Assembly: GCF_009834535.1 (NCBI RefSeq)
Contig: NC_045697.1
Span: 118,918,001 to 118,982,000, forward strand
Reading direction: 5' to 3'
DNA: 64,000 nucleotides
From: Camelus ferus
Lineage: Eukaryota
Shown here: positions 37,866 through 50,165 of the stretch, one piece after another
Layout of the letters: each line of letters begins with the position of its first letter
How positions within the stretch are numbered: the first letter of the stretch is position 1
The notes under the pieces: model-generated
Seen by the model: the letters and a program-made list of their open reading frames with translations, nothing else
The model's database searches: none
What the model was told of the DNA's origin: nothing
Program-made: the position numbers and the translations under genes

Positions 37866-39420
37866 ATTTTTTATTTATTTATTTATTTATTTTAACATTT
37901 TTTATTGATTTATAATCATTTTACAATGTTGTATCAAATTCCAGTGTTCAGCACAATTTTTCAGCCATTCATGGACATATTCACTCATTGTCACATTTTT
38001 TTCTCTGAGTTATCATAACATTTTGTGTATATTTCCCTGTGCTATATACAGTGTAATATTGTTTATCTATTCTACAATTTTGAAATCCCAGTCTATCCCT
38101 TCCCACCCTCCACCCCCCTGGTAACCACAAGTCTGTATTCTCTGTCTGTGAGTCTATTTCTGTCCTGTATTTATGCTTTGTTTTTGTTTGTTTTTGTTTT
38201 TTTAGATTCCACATATGAGCGATCTCATATGGTATTTTTCTTTCTCTTTCTGGCTTACTTCACTTAGAATGATATTCTCCAGGAGCATCCATGTTGCTGC
38301 AAATGGCATTATGTTGTCGGTTTTTATGGCTGAGTAGTATTCTATTGTATAAGTATACCACATCTTCTTTATCCAGTCACCTGTTGATGGACATTTAGGC
38401 TGTTTCCATGTTTTGGCTATTGTACATAGTGCTGCTATGAACACTGGGGTGCAGGTGTCATCCTGAAGTAGATTTCCTTCTGGATACAAGCCCAGGAGTG
38501 GGATTCCTGGGTCATATGGTAAGTCTTTTCCTAGTCTTTTGCGGAATCTCCACACTGTTTTCCATAGTGGCTGCACCAAACTGCATTCCCACCAGCAGTG
38601 TAGGAGGGTTCCCCTTTCTCCACAGCCTCTCCAGCATTTGTCATTTGTGGATTTTTGAATGACGGCCATTCTGACTGGAGTGAGGTGATACCTCATTGTA
38701 GTTTTGATTTGCATTTCTCTGATAATTAGTGATATTGAGCATTTTTTCATGTGCTTTTTGATCATTTGTATGTCTTCCTTGGAGAATTGCTTGTTTAGGT
38801 CTTCTGCCCATTTTTGGATTGGGTTGTTTATTTTTTTCTTATTGAGTCGTATGAGCTGCTTATATATTCTGGAGATCAAGCCTTTGTCGGTTTCATTTGC
38901 AAAAATTTTCTCCCATTCTGTAGGTTGTCGTCTTGTTTTACTTCTGATTTCCTTTGCTGTGCAGAAGCTTGTAAGTTTCATTAGGTCCCATTTGTTTATT
39001 CTTGCTTTTATTTCTTCTAGAAGAAAATTTTTGAATGTATGTCAGATAATGTTTTGCCTATGTTTTCCTCTAGGAGGTTTATTGCATCTTGTCTTATGTT
39101 TAAGTTGTCTTTAATCCATTTTGAGTTGATTTTTGTATATGGTGTAAGGGAGTGTTCTAGCTTCATTGCTTTACATGCTGCTGTCCAGTTTTCCCAACAC
39201 CACTTGCTGAAGAGACTGTCTTTATTCCATTGTATATTCTTGCCTCCTTTGTCGAAGATGAGTTGACCAAAAGTTTGTGGATTCATTTCTGGGCTCTCTA
39301 TTCTGTTCCATTGGCCTATATGTCTGTTTTGGTACCAATACCATGCTGTCTTGATGACTGTAGCTCTATAGTATTGTCTGAAGTCTGGGAGAGTTATTCC
39401 TCCAGCCTCTTTCTTTCTCT
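37866..39420 (-). mobile_element. Young 5'-truncated L1 (camelid L1): ORF2 C-terminal part, 3'UTR and A-rich tail
   Basis: ORF 38981-38202 (259 aa) is the L1 ORF2 C-terminus with the Cys-rich [18 protein letters not shown] and terminal SLICGI*. ORF 39286-39017 ([27 protein letters not shown]) is upstream ORF2. The (TTTA)n tail lies at 37866-37892. Confidence 0.97.
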
Positions 39421-39679
39421 AATTTCTTTCTTTTTCAATTTTACTGTTAAGGCAACAGGTCTAGGAGAAGCTCCCAAAGGGTCTCAGGATGTAGGCTGTG
39501 GGTAGCACAGTCTGAATTCAAACCCAGACCTCCCTAGATATTTGATATCAGCTGGCAAGAGATTTTGGGTGAAATCCCTCGAGACAATCTCTTGCCACCT
39601 CCCAGCTGGGACACTGTGGCTGAACTTCAGTCACCCTCCTAATAAAAATTCCATGTTCGATCAGTAGAATGCTTCCAGC

Positions 39680-41230
39680 CCAATTAGACCAATTTTCTCT
39701 AATGAGCACTGAATGTGTTTTCCTTTCAGAAGCCAGCCCGACACATTAAGCAGGCTGGGGGCAGCCATTCCCCAGGCTGCTGGCTCCAAGTGCATGGGGT
39801 CAGGGGTCACCGAGCTGCCACCTCCAGCTTGTTAGTGGGGCCCATTCCTCTTGGCTGGGGACACCAGCACTCAACATGGTGGCAGGGCTCAGGGCAGGGG
39901 GTGTGCAGACCATTCATCAAGGACTCCAGCTGGCTGGAGACAAAAGCAGAAGAGCTGGCCAGCTCACCCGCCAGGAGGAGCCCCAGGCCCCGCAGCTGAG
40001 GCCTGGAGCTGCCCGGTTAAAGGCTAATCTGGTCCAGGATGTCTGTCTGTAGGGGCCACAGCCACCACGCAGGGGAATTAAGGGGCCCCTTTCAGATGCA
40101 CCTAGCTCCCTTCCAACCACCTCCCTGACCCCCAAAATCTATCCAAGCAAGGCCTACAGGGGTCTGGAGAATGCAACTTCACTGGGGCCCCCTGGGGCCC
40201 AAGGGCCTGCCAGGATTAGACCCTTTGATGTGCAAATCAAGACTCCCAAAGTGAGTGAGAACTATGGCCTTGCCTCTCTCGGCTTGGCCTGGACCACCTG
40301 GCCTCAGGGAAGCTTGGCAGAAAGAATGAGTCCTCCCTACATCCCTCCGTCACACAGCCAGCCCTGCCACCCTGAGCCGGGCGGGGGGGGGGGGGGGGGG
40401 GGCGGGGCGGTCCTGGACACACGGCTCCCAGAGGAGCTCTTCATCTGTCCATCGACTCCCGCCTGCCCCCGCCCAGGCTGATGCCTTTCCTGGAAGCCAG
40501 ATTAAAGGTATCTGAGCAAGGCTGGCCAGGAACCACAGCTCGGGGGTGACCTTTCCACAGAGCCCAGGAGGCCTGGCAGAGGTCTCTTTGATTTACACCA
40601 ACCCTGGCCACGCCGCCCTCCTCAGCAGAGAGCCCCCTCCTTTAGTGGTCTGAGCTCTTGCTGCTCCAGGGGCTCAGGCTAGACCAGGCTCAGGAACCCC
40701 TCCCACCTCTGGCCCACGGCTCTGGGATCTGAAGTGTCTTGCTCTCGGGATCTAGGAGTGAGTTAGTAGTGAGTTGGTCCCTGCAGTGCCTCCCACTTCC
40801 CAGCACTTAACTCCCAGACAGGGACTGATGGCTCTTTGACCTTCCCTAATATATCACCACAAGGGGATGTGTGCCAGTCCTGCTGTCCCCACCAGGCCAC
40901 GGCCCCTCCCCGGGCCTGAGTCAAAGAACAAGGAAAAACCATCAAGCTGGGCGTGAGGTTTGCGATACAAATGGCAGTAAGTTGTTTTCAGGAGGCAAAT
41001 GGGCCCCTGCAGACTAATGGCCATCCATGCCCTGCCCCCACTCACGCTTCCCCGCTCCCCCTCTGGAGCTGGCCCAGCTGGAAAGCTGCAGGGGCTCAGC
41101 TGCCCCCACCCCAGCCCTTTTGCTGACAGCATAACCTTCAGGAACCTGAAATTCCTGAGTGGTCCCCAGAGCTCCATGCATCTTGAAAGAAAATTTGTGT
41201 AAGTTGATTTCAGGCTGTCCCTAATCCAGA
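39680..41230. promoter_or_regulatory. Candidate enhancer: cluster of TCF/LEF and homeodomain motifs in repeat-poor GC-rich DNA
   Basis: CCTTTGATG 40222, CTTTGAT 40586, CTTTGAC 40834 and 40920(-); GGATTA 40213, TAATCT 40025, AGATTA 40499, TAATCC 41222. Motif evidence only. Confidence 0.3.
40383..40410 (+). repeat. Poly-G run (G20) with GC-box-like extension; G-quadruplex-capable
   Basis: G homopolymer followed by cggggcgg, read directly. Confidence 0.9.
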
Positions 41231-42329
41231 ATTATTGAGGGGGGGCTGGGACCTGGGAATTGCCTCTGGCACTTGACAAATACTTGGCTTTGTGTAAATG
41301 GACAGGCTCCTGAAATAACTGCCTTTACATGTCATTGAAGAGAAATTATTAACTTCCACAATAACCTAATAAACCCATCAGCCCTCCAGGCCCCAGCATT
41401 TAAAGAGCTTGGTGGTTTGGATGCAAATGTCTCCCAACCTCATTTTGTCTGGAATGTGCTCATGGAGAGGAGAAATCATCCGCTCTCAAGGTCAGACGTC
41501 AGCTCAGGGTCAACATGGGTGACTTTCATGGCTCCACGTGGACCTGAGATTCAGGAGACAGCCCTCCTGATGACAACCAGCTGTACTGGATTTTCTGGGA
41601 TAGACCTCAATTTCAGGTGTTCTGTCCCTTTGTCCCCAAAGAGTATTTGTTCTGGTCAGATGATGGGCTCCAGTTTGGGCTCAGCTTATGAAGCCACCAT
41701 AGTCCCCTCCAAGTTCCAAAGGACCATTCATTCATTCTTTCCTTCCACCCGAAGGTGCCTGCCATGTGCCAGAAATGGAAATACGAGCCCGCTGTCCTTG
41801 CGGGCTGGCAGTCTAGTGGAGAGGCAAGCCACACGAATAGCTGTAATGGTAAGTTGGGGGAATGCCATGAGGACAGAGGGTATCTGGGAAAGCGGACAAA
41901 TCCTGCTTCTCCTCAGAGCAGAGCCCAGATCCCTATCCCCATGTGGGTCCACAGAGTGCACAGAGGACAGTCCAGCCAAGAGGCCTTTGGGTACCTCAGG
42001 CCAGGCCTCTCTGGTGAGGTCTGGGCTCTGCACCCCGATCACAAGCATATGGACAGAAATAGAGTCTGAAGGTCCGTCCTGAAGGCAGGAAGACCAGTAG
42101 ATGGGGAAGGGAGGGAGAGAAACCATTACTGCTTCCCAGAGCTGATGCAAACAGATCCAGAGGCACAAAGGTCCTCCTAGGGCAGGGAAACCAGAAATCC
42201 CCAGAAACAGGAGCAGAAGATCCCAGCCTGACCTTGCACTTAAGTTTCCTGCTTGCATACCTCCCACAATGGGACACTCACTACCTCTCAGGAGCCCAGA
42301 AAAACAGAAGACTGCACAAGTTCTTAAAC

Positions 42330-43830
42330 AGACCAATATGTGTGTGTAAATAAATTAGAGCATGGTAAATGCACATTGCAAACTATTGAAGAAATGAGGA
42401 TTATAGTATTCGATCAATGGTCTAATTATATGAGATCTCAGATGGATTTTAAAACTCAGTAAAAAATAAGAAAATGAGAGAGAAAAAAATGTAGGTGAAT
42501 GGAATTTGGGGGTAGGGAAAGAATTTTCTGAGCATAAAAAAAATGGAAGAATTCACAAAGGAAAAGATAATGAATGTGACTACATAAAAACTTTAAATTT
42601 CTCTATGTTATAAACTCAAGCATGCTAATCAATACCCTTTTTAAAAGGAGCAAAGGTCACAGGAGATAACTAACAAAAGAAGAAATACAAACAGCTAACA
42701 TGCAAATGGGGAAAATGTTCGATCATGCTTATAACCATAGAAATGCAAGTTAAAGCTGCCATCAGGTGCCATCTTTCACCTATCAAACTGATTTTTTAAA
42801 ATTTTAATGCTATTCAAGGCTGAGAACGGGATGTGTGCCCTCTCACGGGGCTACTGGCTGGCAGAGATGCAAACTGTTACCACCCTCCTGGAAATCGGTT
42901 TCTATCATGTGTCAAGAACCATAAAACACTTTATAGCAGATTCATCAGTACATGAAGAACACGGCTTCAAAAGGAGGAAGCGGTATAGGTTGAGAGACTT
43001 AAGGAATGTTTCAACCAAATGTAAAATGTTACCTTTTGCATGGATCCTGATTCAAACTTATTGGCTGTGAGAAACCATTTTTGAGATCATTGGCAAGTTG
43101 GACCCAGCCAGATAGGAGATGATACTTAGGAATTACTGTTAATTATTTTAAGTTTGTGAATGGCCTTCTGGTCATGCTTTAAGAGTTACTTAACCTATTT
43201 GAGAAGTAAAATCTAACTCTTACAGGGGAAATGATACAACATCTAGGACTTGCTTTAAAATATTCTAACAAAAAAGTGGGGAGGGGTCGATAAAACAAGC
43301 CCGTCAGAACGCTGGTCATTGTTGAAACCACGCGATCACACAGGCATGTCCAGTATACTGTTCTCTTGTGTATATTTGAAATTTTTTCCACAATAAAATG
43401 TGGCTTAATATATCACTTGAACCAATCCTTCTCTGAGATTCTATCCTGAGGAAATTATCAAAGATGTGCACAAAGACTGATGTACAGAGAGAGCAACAAG
43501 AAAACTGGTCATGAAAGAAAAAAAATCAGCTATAAGCAAAATATCTCGTAACAAGTTGACGCAGCTGAAGAGCGGAGTATTAGGCCACTACTGTTAAAAG
43601 GTATTTAAAAACACATATTGGCCTTCGGATAACGCTCTTGTGTTAAGTGAGGGGGGTAAGGGGAAGCAAGATATAAAATTATATATTCACCATGATCCCA
43701 ATGATCTTAAAAATGAATATACTGGTGCAGGGGGAAAAAAGGCCAAAATGTTATTAACAGTAGTCATCTTTGGGAGGTATAATTACAAAAGATTTTTATT
43801 TGCTGCTTTAAACTTTTCCGTAGGCAACAA
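42330..43830 (+). mobile_element. Old L1M/L1ME ORF2-end and 3'UTR fragments; boundaries approximate
   Basis: 'gactacataaaaactttaaatttctctatg', 'agaagaaatacaaacagctaac', 'agaaatgcaagttaaag..catctttcacctatcaaactg', 'ttctatcctgaggaaattatcaaagatgtgcacaaaga'. Confidence 0.7.
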
Positions 43831-44744
43831 GGTGGAAAAAATGTAATTATCTTGAGAGCTAGCGCCAGAATTCCTCTGAGGAAAGAATCTGGCTTTGGAG
43901 AAATGCCTTGATAAGCACCTGGACTAGAAGCTGAACCCTTGAGGGCCTGGCCCAGGGGGAACTGATGCCAGGCAAGCTCAATCTCAGGGCCACGTGGGCA
44001 GAGGTCTAATCGGGGGAGGCTCGGAGAACAGAAGCCAGTGGGGAACGCGCAGCCCTCCTGCAAGTGCTTTGAGGGCCCCCAGCTCACAGAATGGAGGGGT
44101 CTAGCCCTTTGAGCCCAGAACTCTAAAAGATAATGTCTCTATGCCGCATCCCAGCTGACAGCCCAGTAACCTGTATGTTCCAAGTGCTCTGTAACAAGCA
44201 GGCATTGCGTCTACCATCAAAGGGAAGTTTTTTTGTTTGTTTGTTTGTTTTTTGTTTGTTTTTTTTAAGGAAAACAATCTCCTTTATCCCAAAGCTGGAA
44301 CCTGCCTTTCTGGGGCCCACTGTTGCCCACCCAGAACCATCCAGACCAAGCTGGCTCTGTCTCTCACCTGCAGCCTGAGGGACGTGAGGACAGTGCTTAT
44401 TTCTCATGGGCCTTAGTTCCCCTGATCATGTGTTCCTCATGTTGCTTTGGTTCTGAATCTCCCCAGATTAAGACACTTATCGATGTGGACTCCAGGGGGG
44501 GGCTAGGTCCTGTTAAAATTGTTGTACACACACCTGAACACAATGGATCTGACCAGTTCAAGGTAAAAGGTGACTATCACCTCCCTCAAACTGGGCTCTA
44601 TACTTCTAATAGTGCAGCCTGTATCTGCATTAAATTTTTGTTGACTTATATTGTGTCAGTTATCAAGCTACTGTTTCAAAATCTCTTCTTCTATACTCTG
44701 ATTTTGATGCTGGAGCTGGGACTCTGCAAACCACATTCCCCCTT

Positions 44745-44882
44745 TTATAAGGACACAATCATACTGGATTAACCCAATGACCTCATTTCAACTTGATTAT
44801 CTACAAAGATGCTATTTAGAAATAGGTCCTGGGGATTAGGATTCCAACATCTTTTGTGGGGGGATACAATTCACCCACAACA
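44745..44882 (-). mobile_element. MLT1-type LTR fragment
   Basis: 'tataaggacacaatcatactggatt..aatgacctcatttcaacttgatta..gggggatacaattcacccacaaca' is the reverse complement of the MLT1 start seen at 34823. Confidence 0.75.
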
Positions 44883-47800
44883 AGGTCTCAGCAGGCTGTG
44901 AGGTCTTGGCCGAAAATGCCTTGACAGCCCTGGGCAACCTTACCCACCTAATAGAGAGGGGAAGGGTCCTTTGATGGGAACACCTCCTGTCCCCTACTCC
45001 AGGCCTGAACAGGAGTGGCTGTGGATGGCAGTCGTGGGAGAAGAGGAATGGGGTTGGCCTAGTTTGGAGCCCTGCAACAGCAGTAGCCTCGTGATGATTA
45101 ATAATTATTAATAAGGTATTAATAACGATTAATCCAGACCCTTCCCAAGAGCCTCAGCTCCGAGGCTGGCTCCTTGCATAAAGTGAATGGCTGAAAACCA
45201 CTCAGAGGAATCTTACCCGCTAGCCTGGGGACCAAGTGGCCCCCTGTCACCTCCCGGGGCCTGTGGCCTCACAGGCACACCTGGGTCTGAATCCCACTCT
45301 ACCACTTTTTAGGAGAACCACCTTGAACGAGTCCATGCCTCCCTCCCAAGACTGAGTGAGCATTTGCAAAGGGCCGTGCAGGGGAGGTGCTCTGCAGTGT
45401 CGTCAGTCTTACAGGGAAGACTGCAGCCTTGCAGAGGCCTGAGCCGAGCGCCTAATCAGCTTGGCTGAGGGAGTCAGAGTCAGAGGGAAGGGCAGGTTCC
45501 CACCCCTGAGAGAAGCTGATGACCATGATGGACCCAACTGGTGAGCTAACAGCAGTAAAAATGGTGACTCATCCCATTTCCTAAGAGCCCCCAGGTGCCA
45601 GGTACTAGAGACTAGAGCCGCCAGCATCACCTCCACTTTACAGAGAAGGAAACAGGCTCCAAGAGGCTACAAGATTTTCTCCTCAATCACATGGCTGGGG
45701 AATGGTGGCATCTTGGCAGATCCCTTGGCACAGAGACTGGACAAGACCTCTTGCTGCCCTCTCATAGCTGCCTAGGCCCGAGCCAATGACGCCCAACAGA
45801 CAAAGCAAGGCAAAGGAACTGGTAACACAGACACGGACACACAGGATCACACACACACGCATACACGCACTGCCTGGGTTTCAGAGCCCACGCAGGCCGT
45901 AGGGCCACCACCCCAAACTGGGCCCTATTTCTCTTATCTCCTGAAGCTCCCAGAACCTCCCCTATTGAGCTTCTCAGCAAGTTTATTTGGGTGTAATTGT
46001 AACGTAATTTGATACTTAATGAGGGCAGAGTAGAAGGCTGCGTTTTTAACTACCCATACGTCCCCGTCTCATTTAAACAGTTCCTAGTATATCCAAGCAG
46101 GCTGCCTTGTGCGGAGCTCACGTGTACTGAACTGAGGCAATGAAATCAGGGGTGGGAGAGGGAAGATGCTCTTTCAGAGTCTGAAGGCCACCAATTAACG
46201 ACATGAAAAGCTGAGGCGGACCCTGTTCACTTAATGTCCCTCGTGCAAGGCACAAATGAGAGCCTCTCACAAACCCCCTGCTCAGCTCCTCTGAGACAAT
46301 TAAGGCTGGAGCAGGAGGCTCAGGGGTGGGGGGGTGGCAGGGGCAGCTCCGGGAGAACTGAGCGTCTGCCCCGCGCCACTCACGGGGCTCTAACCTTTCA
46401 AGCCATCTTTTAGTTCTTCACACACTGCAAGCTCGGGGCTTTTGCACACGCTGTTCCCTAGGCCTGGACCCTGTCCCTGTCCCTGTCCCTGTCCCTCCCT
46501 GGCTGACTCCGGTCCAACCTTCAGGCTCCACTTACAGTCACCTCCTCAAGAAAGGCCTTCCCAGACCTCCGTGTCGTTCACCATCTCAGCACCCCATTTA
46601 TCGACTTCACAATACTAACCATAATGTGTAACTTACTTGATCCATGTCAGACTTTCTCCTGTGTACCCTGACCTTAACCCAGAACAAGCACACAGTAGGT
46701 GCCAGTGAACAGGCTACGCACATGCTGAGTGGGTGATGCTACAGGAGGGAGAAGTGGGAAGCCTCACGGGCCCCGGGTCCGAGTGATGCCTCCCCCTCTG
46801 GCCTCCTCCAGCACGTTTCTCTGAATCCCCTGTCACCCGGTCCTTTGAGGAGGCTTACACTGCTTTCTGGTGGCCTTCCTCTCTGCCACCCAAGACCTCT
46901 GTGTTCCCATCACTCAGACCCCATCAGTCAGCTCTTGGATGTTACACTGTAGCTTCTCCAAATGAGACGACCAAACCCAGCAAGGCCCTACCATAATGCC
47001 AAGAGGTGAGGGGTCTGGGCTGGGGCTGGAATGGACCAACGAGCCAAGGCTTCCAGCAGGAGCTGGGAGAGGATCGCAGGAGACATAGCTTGGGGTGGAA
47101 GCCCATGCCAGCCAGGCCTCGGTGGCTGGGCTTTGGGGGTAAAGCAGCAGAGAACCTGCTAGTGGTTCCCTGCTCCTAGCTGGGCTGTTCCATCAGCAGA
47201 AATAGAGATGCTCCAGTGCCCCCAGCTCCTTCCCCACCCCTGCACGCACATTCCTCTTGTCTTCCCAGGACGGAGAGCCTGGCCCGCGGTGCCAGGAGTG
47301 AGCGTGGTACCCAGGAAACACCTGCACTGGAGTCTCCATCAGCACAGCCCACAGGAGACGGAAAGCCAGCTTTCGCTAACGGGAGACTTGGGGGAGATTT
47401 CACTTTTCTCCCACATGGCCTCTGAACAGCAGCCGTGACTCACAGGATCTGGGTTAGCATCCTCCTCTGGCCGGAGCCTGACACAGGACTACTGAGCTGA
47501 CCCACAGCACAGGATGGAAAACACACCAAAGTGGCTCCTGTCCGGGAACCCTACGTCATCCCGTCCTCACTCGTCTGCCGTCACTCAGGTGCTGCACGTG
47601 GCTGGGGTGTAGGGCCTCTCAGCAAAGTATCCTGGGCTGCAAGTTCCGACATGTGCGCCCTCCCCGACCTTCTCCTCTGGTCCTCACTGGCCTGGAGGTT
47701 CTGACAAAGACCTTGGACGGCGTTAGCTGTGTTCCTGGCCCAACACCAGGATCACACACTCAAGGTACTGCACACACTGAGGTCAGGTGGGCTCTGCCAT

Positions 47801-48869
47801 TGCTGCCCCTCTGCAGGCCAGGTGGACCAAGAAGTCAGGGAGGGGCAGGCCTGTCTCAAGCACTGGGACCTACAGACCAGTGAGCCCCTGGGCCCCCATC
47901 ATCCTGGTTCACTGTTCAGAAAACATGTTCATCACACAGGTGTCGCCTCCAGGTTCCAGGCGGCACAGGGGAGGGGTTGGGAGCGCACACTTAGACACCA
48001 GACTGGTTACTTCCAGATCCAGGCCTTCCCGCTCCCTGGCTCTGTGGCCTCTGGCCTCCGGAACTTTGTTCTCCCTGCCCGTTTCCTTACTTGTAAGTGA
48101 AGGTAAATGCAGTGCCTCTTTCCAAGAGCTACTGTGAAGTCAAACAACTTAACATTTGGGCGATGAGTTGTCCTGCTTCACCCAGGACTGTCCCAGATTA
48201 ACATGGGACGTCCGGCATCCCAAGAAGCCCCCGAGTTCCCGGACAGCAAGCAGGGAGGGTCACCCTCATTAAAAATCTGTACATGACCTACACGTGGTAG
48301 GTATGAAATAGTATCTTTTTCTAAAACTTTAACTGGTACCAGTGACATCACTTGCCCAGATGTGGACCCCCACTTGGCAGGCTCACAAGACTGAATGGGG
48401 GAAGGGTCCTGATTCAGTGCCTGGAGAAGGTCTTTCCAGGCCCCTATATGAAGCAACTCCTTCCCTCAATGGCCAGGGATGCCTGGAGGGTCCCCCACCT
48501 GCAAACATCCTGCCCTGTGTCCCCTCTTCTGGTGCCAAAGTCTTTCTGCTCCAAACATACAGCCCCCGGGGGGCCACCCCCTCAGCCCCAGAAGCGCCAG
48601 GAGCTGCTCCTTTGGGCGACAGGAGAGCCAGGCCCAGGCCCCAGCCCCTTTCACACTCAGGTAAAACATCACCCGGAGGCCTTTGGTGATGGCACTGGGC
48701 CCTGAGCTCCCATTCAGGGCGTGATAAATGACCGCTGTCACAGCAACACGAATGCTCATATTGAAAAGCCCTGCTTTCTGCCTCCCTCCCTTTCAGGCCG
48801 CCAATATCTCTAAGTCACCAGGCATAACTCACACATCACCCTACCCTGAATGCCCCCAGTCAGGGACCC

Positions 48870-49000
48870 TTGCTCCCTCTGCCCCTCGCCTCCCACCTGC
48901 CCCTCCTCTCCCCCCTCCTCTTGGGTCTCTTTCCTCACCCCCCTCCATCCTCTCCTTTCCTCTTCCCTCCCCATCTCTTTCCTCTCCTCCCCATCCTCCA
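48870..49000. repeat. Polypyrimidine (CT-rich) low-complexity tract
   Basis: Nearly pure C/T tract; accounts for the Pro/Ser-rich ORFs here. Confidence 0.85.
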
Positions 49001-49524
49001 GCCCTGGCTTGTCCCATCCAAAGTTCTGGATGAGGGAAGCTCATGCTCTGGCCCCTGTCACCCGTGTTGTCACCACCAGGATGGGGGATCACAGATGGAG
49101 AAACTGGTCATTCCTGTGTCTCACCCTCACTCTGTCTTGGGCACAGGCACAAATGCAGCCCTAAAGGGAAGGCAACACCAAACAAGGACCGCAAAAAGGA
49201 AATGAGAAGAGAGCAGACTCATAGTGCTCTAATCCAAGGGGTTCTACCCCAGATGCCAGGGCTACTGTATCTGTGTCAGTCTGGGTTGTGTTTCTCTGGG
49301 GAGAGGAATCAAAGATTCTGTCTGGTCCCCAAAATAGACCAAGAACTGCCACTCAGAGGTTCTCATCCCAAGATGGCCCAACAGCCCTGGGAATCCCACA
49401 CTAACTCCACACTACGAGTATCAAAGCTGTGCGGCTGGGACAGATAAAAGTATCTGAGTCTGAAGCCTCGGCCCAATGGGCTTCCCCTCCCTCACCCACA
49501 GCTTTTTCTGCCTTAAGAAGGAGC

Positions 49525-49815
49525 CCCACAAAACAGAAACAGACTCACAAATAAACTTATGGTTACCAGAGGGGGAAAGGGGGCAGGAAGGGATAAATTG
49601 GGAGTTTGAGATTTGCAGGTAGTAACTAGTGTATATAAAATAGATAAACAAGTTTCTACTGTACAGCACAGGGAACTATATTCAATAGCTTGTAGCAACC
49701 TATAATGCAAAAGGATATGAAAATGAATACATGTACATATATGTACGACTGAAACATTACACCAAAAACTGACACAACATTGTAAACTGACTATACTTCA
49801 ATTTAAAAAAAATAA
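49525..49815 (+). mobile_element. L1 3' end
   Basis: 'acaaaacagaaacagactcaca..aaacttatggttaccagagggg..gggataaattgggagtttgagatttgcag..aactgactatacttcaatttaaaaaaa'. Confidence 0.9.
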
Positions 49816-49819
49816 AATA

Positions 49820-49978
49820 TGGGGGAGAACATAGCTCAGTGGTAGAGTATGTGCCTGGCATGCACGAGGTCCTGCGTTCCATCTCCAGTACTGCAATTAA
49901 ATATATATATAAACAAACATGATTGCCTCCCCCCACCAAGAAAAACCCCCAAAAACCACACACACACACACACACAAA
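49820..49978 (+). mobile_element. tRNA-derived SINE (camelid vic-1-like) inserted in the L1 A-tail, with a (CA)n tail
   Basis: 'gggggagaacatagctcagtggtagagtatgtgcctggcatgcacgaggtcctgcgttccatctccagtac'; flanks aaaataaaata / aaagtaaaata. Confidence 0.85.
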
Positions 49979-50014
49979 TAAAGTAAAATAGCTAAACTTG
50001 TTGTTAGCCCAGAA

Positions 50015-50165
50015 AATTATATTCAATATCTTGTGGTAACCCATAGTGACAAAGAATATGAAAAGGAATATATATATACATATAACTGAATCACTAGGCT
50101 GTAAACCAGAAATTAACACAACATTAAAAAACTGACTATATTTCAAAATTAAATTAAATTTTTTA
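50015..50165 (+). mobile_element. Second L1 extreme 3' end
   Basis: 'tatattcaatatcttgtggtaacc..aaagaatatgaaaaggaatata..ataactgaatcact..ccagaaattaacacaacatt'. Confidence 0.85.

Noticed and set aside
38704..39114. Hydrophobic 136-aa + strand ORF
   Set aside because: Antisense reading of L1 ORF2, a common artefact.
41417..42082. 221-aa + strand ORF (and the overlapping 202-aa minus ORF)
   Set aside because: Non-ATG start, no recognisable domain, runs through an L2-like 'cattcattcattc' remnant; long ORFs arise by chance in GC-rich DNA.
47454..47487. 34-nt minus-strand exon-like segment (tgtcAG|..|GTGAGT), plus a similar one at ~39968-40046
   Set aside because: Isolated, with no recognisable peptide and no consistent exon chain.
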